From assembly GCA_001776935.1 (NCBI GenBank), contig MFDN01000014.1, positions 65,464 to 129,463 of the forward strand: a stretch of 64,000 nucleotides of DNA. The letters are read 5' to 3'. Below are positions 57,960 through 64,000 of this stretch, piece by piece. Numbering within the stretch: the stretch's first letter is position 1; each line of letters starts with the position of its first letter. Position numbers and translations under genes: made by a program. The notes beneath the pieces are model-generated. The model was given only the letters and a program-made list of their open reading frames with translations. It was not told the DNA's origin and searched no databases. This DNA is from Candidatus Daviesbacteria bacterium RIFCSPLOWO2_01_FULL_39_23. Its GTDB lineage: Bacteria; Patescibacteriota; Microgenomatia; Daviesbacterales; UBA10151.

Positions 57960-58030
57960 TTGCGGGACATGGATTCGAACCATGATAGATAGCTCCAAAG
58001 GCTATCGTCCTACCATTAGACGATCCCGCA
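57960..58030 (-). tRNA. tRNA-Gln (anticodon TTG)
   Basis: Minus strand: TGCGGGA-TC-GTCT-AATGGTA-GGAC-G-ATAGC-CTTTGGA-GCTAT-CTAT-CATGG-TTCGAAT-CCATG-TCCCGCA-A; U1-A72 as in bacterial tRNA-Gln. Confidence 0.8.
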
Positions 58031-58155
58031 GCGCCTGCAGGTATTATACCTCGTAGCATGCCAAGAATCGAGATCTAAGCACTATCTTGACTCTTATCAA
58101 AGAGTATGCCAACAATGGTATTAAGGGATCTTTCCTAAAGGAGGTGATTAACAGA

Positions 58156-58347
58156 ATGGATACAAAACAATTAATAGCTTGGATTTTGGTGATCGGTGCT
58201 GTTAACTGGGGTTTAGTCGGACTTGTAAACATGAATATTGTTGAGACAATCTTTGGTGCATCAATAATCACCAAAATTGTTTACATAATCATTGGTTTGG
58301 CCGGTGTGTATAAAGCTTACATGATGGTTGGCGGAAAGAAAAAATAG
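58156..58347 (+). CDS. DUF378-family small membrane protein
   Basis: RBS AAGGAGGTGA; IAWILVIGAVNWGLVGL...IVYIIIGLAGVY matches DUF378 (NWGLiG). Confidence 0.65.
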   Translation: MDTKQLIAWILVIGAVNWGLVGLVNMNIVETIFGASIITKIVYIIIGLAGVYKAYMMVGGKKK

Positions 58348-58449
58348 TTTCCTGCCAAATTTAGGTAATTATTTCCGCAGGAAATAATCCTACGGTTTAT
58401 TAAAATCCGGCTGCTTTAATGCGGCCGGATTTTTTTGGATAAAATATAT

Positions 58450-61400
58450 TTACAAATACCTCAAATACCGACCAATTGTTTCTACTAAAGCAGCATAGCC
58501 ATTAGGTTTTAGTACCTGAATAAAGTTATCATGCCTATTAAATTTAATATTTAAGCCTGCATCAAATATCTTATATCTTTTAGCAAATTCTTCGTAGGGT
58601 AACACTCCTCCTTGTCCGTCATGAGATGCCTGCCAAAAACTTTGAAAGGCATCAAGCATATTTCCGTTATGAAGCAAGATCCAGTTCTCAACACCAATTC
58701 CTCCCATTCCTCCATCTTCAAGCTTTTTGTATGCATGCCCTGCTTTAAGAATCTTTTTGGTCAGCACAATATTTGCAAGAGCATCTAAATATGCCCCGTC
58801 ACCGTGAGTTGCCCTAATTGACTCAAGCTTTTGCGCAATAGAATCACTGGAAGCAAAAATTCCCTCATCAGAACGCTTGCCGATTCCAATATCAATATCT
58901 AGAATTTCACCTTCAATTATTTGTGATCCCTTACCCCGGACTTGAATATAATCAGTCTCTGTATGAGAAGCATCTTGTTGCAGTTTAAGTACGCCTTTAA
59001 CAATTTCGGCAATTTCACCTAGACGCTTACTGTTGTTCGGATCCAATTGAAGTGACATATCAAAATCATAATCTCCGGGAACATTACTGCCTCTTGCAGT
59101 TGATCCTGTATCAACAAGTTCGGCGCCATAGATGCTTGTATCAAACTCCCCACGCAACGCCACTCCGTTTGCATCAAGTACGTCTCCTATTCTTTTCCTG
59201 ATTTCGTTTGATAATCCTACAACTTTCTTTCTGTCTGAAGAGATCTCCTGTGCTAATTTATCCAGTGCTCCTCTGGTAGAATCTACAACCTCTCTGCTGT
59301 TCGGGAACGGATATAGAGCTTCATCAATACCGACTCTTCTTACGGCAGATGGGCTTTCGCTATATTCACTTACCCCATCAAAAGTTTTTCTATATTCATC
59401 AAACTGTTTCGGAGTAAAAATAATATTTCCGTTTCTATCAGCAACCGGGATATAGACGCCATTTTGTGCAATTGTCATAAACAGGTCATCAAACTTTCCG
59501 GCGGAGGAAGAATCCTTTTGCAAAACCATCGCATCTATTTCTGTTGAAGCAAATCCTGTACGTATGCCAAAATGTCTACCTCCAAGGGATAAAAATGATT
59601 CGTATTGATTTGCTCCTGTACCAAACTGTCCTCTATCGCGAACCAATAAATAAATATCCCCATAAGCTTTAGCTAAAGACGCATTTAAAGCACTGGTTAC
59701 ACCATTTGAAAGATCTCCATCAAGTATTAAACTGGTATCAGAATCATAAGGTGTTAAGTCTGAACCCGCAGAAACGCCGAGATATTCCCTTGCCACTGAA
59801 CCACGTTCTAAAATCTTCCCGATATTTATTGAATTTAAACCCTTAAATCTATCTCCGGCCTTTAAAGCAATCTTCCCCGCACCGGACTCTGCAAATTTTC
59901 TGTTTCTTGCATCTGCTTCTGCTTTCGATTTTGCCATCGCTTTTAAAACATCTTCAATATTGGTAAATCCTAAAGGCTTTAGAAACATTTCAGAAATCCT
60001 ATCTGTAAGTTTTTGGTCAGGACGGACATGAAAATTTCTTTTTAAAGCTTCTGCCCTTTTTTCTAAACTAAATTGAGAAGTAGTAGGGGATGAGTCTATA
60101 TGTTTCGCCCTTCGCCTGCTTTCAATAGTCCTGCCAAATAGTGATGAAGTATACAGCATATCCATCTTTTCGAAAAAGTGTTCAAGCTGCAACTTTTCTC
60201 TTTCACTAAGCGCGCCAACTCCTTCATCCTCCATTTTGGTAATTACACTTTCCCCATCCCTGATTGTTTGTAAATAATTACGCAATTGGGGATTGCCGGA
60301 ATGAATGTTAATAGAAAGAAGATCCCTATAAATTATTTCCCTGCGCTCCCTGGGGGTTGCTGATCTTAATACCGGGCTTAAGTTAGATCTTGATGATAAA
60401 TCCATTTCAAGAATAGATTTTCCGGAAGTTCCGGGATTATCATAAATAGTCTCAAAAACCCTATAGATTTTACCTACCAAAGGTAAATTATTTTTTTCAA
60501 ACACCCCAATAATTTCCTCCAGAGCTGCTTGTGGATTTTCAAGTTTCCAAAGCTGTCCAATAAGTTCCTTCTCAATTCTTTTTATTTCTGCTGAAGGTGA
60601 ATTTCTAATTCTATCTATTATTTCCTTTGCAACTCTATATTTTTCTGCTTTGTCAGGAGCAACGCGCGGAAAACCAGCTTCATTAATAACCTCCATTCTT
60701 AAATCTCCAGGAAGACTTTTCCAGATAGAAAGCACTGATCTCTCGAAATCATCATATTGTGATAATGCTTCATCAGAAAGATATGTCGCAAGAGCATCCG
60801 GATATTTTTGTCTAATTATTTCATCTGTGAAAACCCTTGTCGGTTTCCCATTTTTAATAAAATCCTTATAGCCGGGCGCAAGAGTGATTATTTTAATTAA
60901 CTTATCGCTTAATACAGTTATGTCTGCAAAATGCATAAGAGCTGATACTGTTTTGTATCTATCGAGAAGATCAGCGCTTAAGACGGGGAAGTGTTGTTCG
61001 GAAGCAGATAAAATCTGAAGTTGTTGGGGGAAACTTATCCAAATTTCTAGTGTTCTGCGTTCGTCTCCAAAAAATTCAAGCATATTATTTTTAAGAATCA
61101 TGGATAACGCACTAGGTCTTTTAAGTTCTATTAAGAATTTTGCGAGTTCCGCGTTAGGCTGACCTTCAGTAAACAGAGAACGGACATCACCGCTGTATTG
61201 TCCGAGGGCAGAAAATAGTTCTCGTGTTGGCCATTCATTTGCAGGGTAATCTCTAGGAGAAAAATCAGGAGAATTAAACAAATTTGCTAAATTTTTAACT
61301 CTTTTTACATCTTTTATTGTCAGATTCGGTGCTTTTATCCCGCTTCGCCACCTCTGACCAATTAATTCAGAAATACCATCCTGAACATCACGAGGAAGCA

Positions 61401-63342
61401 AAAGAACGCTTTTAAGCCATTCGTTCATTTTGTCTGGAGGAACTATTTGTCTAATACTATAGCCCATAAGAGGCATACTGTTAACACTGGCTATCCATTT
61501 TGCGTCTTTAAAATTATCAGTCGAAAATGGAATTCCTGCTTCCCGAAGAAGCAAAATAGTAGGTATATAATTGATAAATTCACCCAAACGGGACATATCC
61601 ACACTAGCCACATCCCTTTCTTCACTTGAACATTGCCTTCTGGAACCCTCTATTATTCTTTTTGTCATCCCAGGATCCAATAAATCAATGAGATCTTTTG
61701 CCTTATATAACTGAACCAATACAGATTGACTTGGATAATTTATATGTGAATATTCTCCGTGATCAAATTGGTCTAACCGATATGTAAAATAATCCTGGGG
61801 TTGTAAAATAATTTCTTCTTTTTGTAAATTCTGGACAAATTTTAAAAAATCCGGACTTAGTAATATCTGTCTTCTTTCGTCGCTAGACATCAAACTTTTA
61901 ATTTCTTCAACCCTGGTCCTTACACTTTCATCATAATCCTGATTTTCTATACCAAGTTTACCAAATATTAGGCTATTTAGGACAATTAGATCCTGACGAT
62001 CTTCATATAATTCGCTTACTTGCTTTGGCGAAACAGGGCTTCCTTTCATCAGCCTAAGAATTTGTGCAAATTCCAATTTATCCGGATCAGCTAAAATTGC
62101 CTGAACAGATGGATCTGCTACCAAATTCGATAAATCCTGATTAATTTCAGCCTGTGTCTGGTTTAAATAATTAAAGTGGTCATCATTAGAATCCGGTATA
62201 TCCAAGCTGATTCCTGATTGAATTAACGCTGTAAGAGGAGCAATCAAACCATCTTTATCTAAAGAATCTAAAGTATCAAATACGGTCGTTTTCCTTGAAA
62301 AACAACGATCGTAATACCCCCTTCTCAAAGCAACTGATAAAAATTGAAGTTTGTCTTGATTACCGATTAGAGTTTCATAAGCAGGAAGATCTTCTATTTC
62401 GACTTCCGGAAAAACATGGAAGAATGTTTTAAAGACGCGGGCAAGGATTCCGACTTTATCAAAAAATTCGGGAGGATAATTGGGGATATTTCCCGTTTCA
62501 GCAAGGCTTATTAATGTGTCAACTTGCGTGATATCACTACCGTATGATGTAACTCGCCAAGGATTATGCGGAACTTGGGACATTCCTTGTATTAAGGGTA
62601 ACAACTCCTGCGCATTTGGGGTTTTCAACAGCCTCATAATTGTGGTTATATCAGTTTTTCCAGTATAACTGCGCGGGTGAACAAATGAATCGAATAAATT
62701 TACATTAGGCTCAAGAGCTTTAATGAAAGGCATAGGGTCAACTCTTGTCTCAAGCAGTGCCTTTATTACAGGTATACTATCGATACCCAAATTAAGCCGG
62801 TTTGAACCACTCTTAAGATCAGTTTCCAGGCATACCACAAGACGCCTAAATTCTTCTATTTTAGAAACTCCCTGTCTGCGTGCTTCAAGAGCTAGTACCT
62901 GATGGCGGAGCATATCTTTAAGTTTAAATATTCTTACAGAATCTTCTTTAGGTATTGAGGGTTTATTTTCTTTTACTAATTCTTTAAATATGCTAAATGG
63001 ATCGGAACCGCCTATTTCTTTTGTTCTTACTTCAGCAAGAGTTTTTTGGTATTCAATTTCCGGATCAAGTGGAATTTGAGGATTTATTTCCGGTATGGTT
63101 TGACTTTTATCCACACTTACAACAACAATTGAATCATCTAATTTTTGATCCGGAGCTTCAACAATATCCGATAAAGCCGCATCAGGGTCAGGATGCGGTC
63201 TGGTAATTCTACCCCTTATTTTTTCAATCACGCGTTTTGCCGCTTCTGCAATTTTTCTGGTGGGACCGGATTTATTTTCTGCGGAAGATACTTTTTCAGA
63301 TGCAGGTACTATTGACTGATCAGGTGATGCTAATCCCGGCAT
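58450..63342 (-). CDS. Giant (1630 aa) mostly alpha-helical protein with C-terminal Pol-beta-superfamily nucleotidyltransferase-like domain
   Basis: Last ~250 aa contain LVDTGSTARGSNVPGDYDFDMSL (hG[GS]x9-13 DxD NTase signature) and a downstream third acidic motif EILDIDIGIG; rest has no recognisable domain; no signal peptide. Confidence 0.55.
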   Translation of the reverse strand: MPGLASPDQSIVPASEKVSSAENKSGPTRKIAEAAKRVIEKIRGRITRPHPDPDAALSDIVEAPDQKLDDSIVVVSVDKSQTIPEINPQIPLDPEIEYQKTLAEVRTKEIGGSDPFSIFKELVKENKPSIPKEDSVRIFKLKDMLRHQVLALEARRQGVSKIEEFRRLVVCLETDLKSGSNRLNLGIDSIPVIKALLETRVDPMPFIKALEPNVNLFDSFVHPRSYTGKTDITTIMRLLKTPNAQELLPLIQGMSQVPHNPWRVTSYGSDITQVDTLISLAETGNIPNYPPEFFDKVGILARVFKTFFHVFPEVEIEDLPAYETLIGNQDKLQFLSVALRRGYYDRCFSRKTTVFDTLDSLDKDGLIAPLTALIQSGISLDIPDSNDDHFNYLNQTQAEINQDLSNLVADPSVQAILADPDKLEFAQILRLMKGSPVSPKQVSELYEDRQDLIVLNSLIFGKLGIENQDYDESVRTRVEEIKSLMSSDERRQILLSPDFLKFVQNLQKEEIILQPQDYFTYRLDQFDHGEYSHINYPSQSVLVQLYKAKDLIDLLDPGMTKRIIEGSRRQCSSEERDVASVDMSRLGEFINYIPTILLLREAGIPFSTDNFKDAKWIASVNSMPLMGYSIRQIVPPDKMNEWLKSVLLLPRDVQDGISELIGQRWRSGIKAPNLTIKDVKRVKNLANLFNSPDFSPRDYPANEWPTRELFSALGQYSGDVRSLFTEGQPNAELAKFLIELKRPSALSMILKNNMLEFFGDERRTLEIWISFPQQLQILSASEQHFPVLSADLLDRYKTVSALMHFADITVLSDKLIKIITLAPGYKDFIKNGKPTRVFTDEIIRQKYPDALATYLSDEALSQYDDFERSVLSIWKSLPGDLRMEVINEAGFPRVAPDKAEKYRVAKEIIDRIRNSPSAEIKRIEKELIGQLWKLENPQAALEEIIGVFEKNNLPLVGKIYRVFETIYDNPGTSGKSILEMDLSSRSNLSPVLRSATPRERREIIYRDLLSINIHSGNPQLRNYLQTIRDGESVITKMEDEGVGALSEREKLQLEHFFEKMDMLYTSSLFGRTIESRRRAKHIDSSPTTSQFSLEKRAEALKRNFHVRPDQKLTDRISEMFLKPLGFTNIEDVLKAMAKSKAEADARNRKFAESGAGKIALKAGDRFKGLNSINIGKILERGSVAREYLGVSAGSDLTPYDSDTSLILDGDLSNGVTSALNASLAKAYGDIYLLVRDRGQFGTGANQYESFLSLGGRHFGIRTGFASTEIDAMVLQKDSSSAGKFDDLFMTIAQNGVYIPVADRNGNIIFTPKQFDEYRKTFDGVSEYSESPSAVRRVGIDEALYPFPNSREVVDSTRGALDKLAQEISSDRKKVVGLSNEIRKRIGDVLDANGVALRGEFDTSIYGAELVDTGSTARGSNVPGDYDFDMSLQLDPNNSKRLGEIAEIVKGVLKLQQDASHTETDYIQVRGKGSQIIEGEILDIDIGIGKRSDEGIFASSDSIAQKLESIRATHGDGAYLDALANIVLTKKILKAGHAYKKLEDGGMGGIGVENWILLHNGNMLDAFQSFWQASHDGQGGVLPYEEFAKRYKIFDAGLNIKFNRHDNFIQVLKPNGYAALVETIGRYLRYL

Positions 63343-63345
63343 ATT

Positions 63346-63687
63346 TTAATGGCTTGGTTCGTTTGCTTCCTTCAAAATCTTTGTTGCCTCATTTATTTTA
63401 CCTGACTTAATAAGCATTTGTGCGTGTTCAGTAACAATCTTTGTAATTTCTTCTTCGTGATCTTTTAAAACCGGCGCTATAGCCGCTGTTAGCTCTTGAA
63501 ACTCATCATCAAGAGTTGGGGCAATTTTGTATATTTGTTCAAGAGTTAAAGGAGGGTGAAGTTTATCCAAAACCATCCTGGCGATTGCCTTTGCCCGATC
63601 AATATCCATTTGCCCGTTAGTCAATTTTTCCTCTATAATTTTGAGTATGTCTAATTCAATCTTTTTTCTATATTCTTCGGCATTCAT
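63346..63687 (-). CDS. Small acidic alpha-helical protein translationally coupled to the giant ORF
   Basis: 113 aa from ATG at 63687; stop 3 nt before the giant ORF start codon. Confidence 0.45.
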   Translation of the reverse strand: MNAEEYRKKIELDILKIIEEKLTNGQMDIDRAKAIARMVLDKLHPPLTLEQIYKIAPTLDDEFQELTAAIAPVLKDHEEEITKIVTEHAQMLIKSGKINEATKILKEANEPSH

Positions 63688-63775
63688 AACATCTGACTTA
63701 ATTATTATGAATTCAGCAGTAAATTGCAAATTCAAAATGAAAAAAATTTGAAGGATTGCGCACCTGAAACCGTAG

Positions 63776-63828
63776 GTTTGATTTGTGAGCGGGTCGCACT
63801 TTGGGCGAACCTCGCTCAAAAATCAAAG
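63776..63828. repeat. GC-rich long hairpin upstream of the small/giant gene pair
   Basis: gtttgatttgtgagcgggtcgc...gcgaacctcgctcaaaaatcaaag near-perfect inverted repeat; followed at ~63836 by gagcgggagacgca shared with the 24375 repeat region. Confidence 0.45.
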
Positions 63829-64000
63829 AATTTTGAGCGGGAGACGCATTTTATTTGGAACCGCTCCTCCCTCAAATTCTAAGTAATTTTACCAGCTTGA
63901 TGGAGGCATATCAAGCTGAGGAGGAAGAAAAATGAGCTCAACCCTGAGATACCATTCCGTATAACGTGTTTCCCTTGGTCCAAGTCCGCCTTTTGGTAGT

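Noticed and set aside
1-64000. CRISPR arrays, rRNA genes, intact integrases or transposases
   Set aside because: No regularly spaced direct repeats of 25-40 nt with unique spacers were seen. No rRNA-like conserved stretches. No ORF with integrase R..H..R..Y or DDE transposase motifs was recognised, only a possible recombinase C-terminal remnant.

Overview
The window is AT-rich, gene-dense bacterial DNA. The proteins are highly diverged and many are short secreted or membrane-anchored hypotheticals. Obg is short (315 aa), lacking the C-terminal (TGS/OCT) domain. This fits an uncultivated small-genome lineage (CPR/Patescibacteria-like); that placement is inference.

Housekeeping genes I can support:
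- Translation, RNA and DNA metabolism: guanylate kinase, DEAD-box helicase, Obg, tRNA-dihydrouridine synthase, DinB.
- Nucleotide and central metabolism: PyrD, and a gpmA-eno-ppsA glycolysis/gluconeogenesis block.
- Glycan and envelope functions: GT4, a GT2 + ArnT-like pair, a TMTC-like TPR protein, a GH13 glucosidase, a secreted clan GH-A hydrolase, an NAD-epimerase/decarboxylase, S41 and C39-like peptidases, and MntP.
- RNA genes: five tRNAs (Arg-TCT on the plus strand; Gly-TCC, Pro-TGG, Leu-TAA and Gln-TTG on the minus strand) and a candidate SRP RNA.

Accessory and unusual content:
1. A 1630-aa ORF with a C-terminal Pol-beta-type nucleotidyltransferase signature, translationally coupled to a small helical protein. 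This is my best candidate for an undescribed system.
2. A solitary HsdR-like protein with no HsdM/HsdS in the window and apparent substitutions at nuclease and Walker-B catalytic positions.
3. A family of GC-rich palindromic, MITE-like elements in this AT-rich genome, several inserted in-frame into dus and dinB, reminiscent of Rickettsia palindromic elements.
4. A tRNA-Gly-associated islet bounded by a 14-nt copy of the tRNA 5' end and holding two toxin-antitoxin pairs (DUF433/DUF5615, RHH/RelE-like) plus an HExxH protein. Elsewhere, 17-nt 3'-end duplications sit ~130 bp downstream of tRNA-Pro and tRNA-Gln.
5. mazEF; a DUF3800 + P-loop kinase pair; Fic bracketed by identical 33-nt terminators; duplicated GIY-YIG genes next to a possible recombinase remnant; and paralogous small-protein families (YtxH-like; Gly/Val-repeat proteins with one pseudogene fragment).

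No CRISPR array, rRNA or intact integrase/transposase was found.
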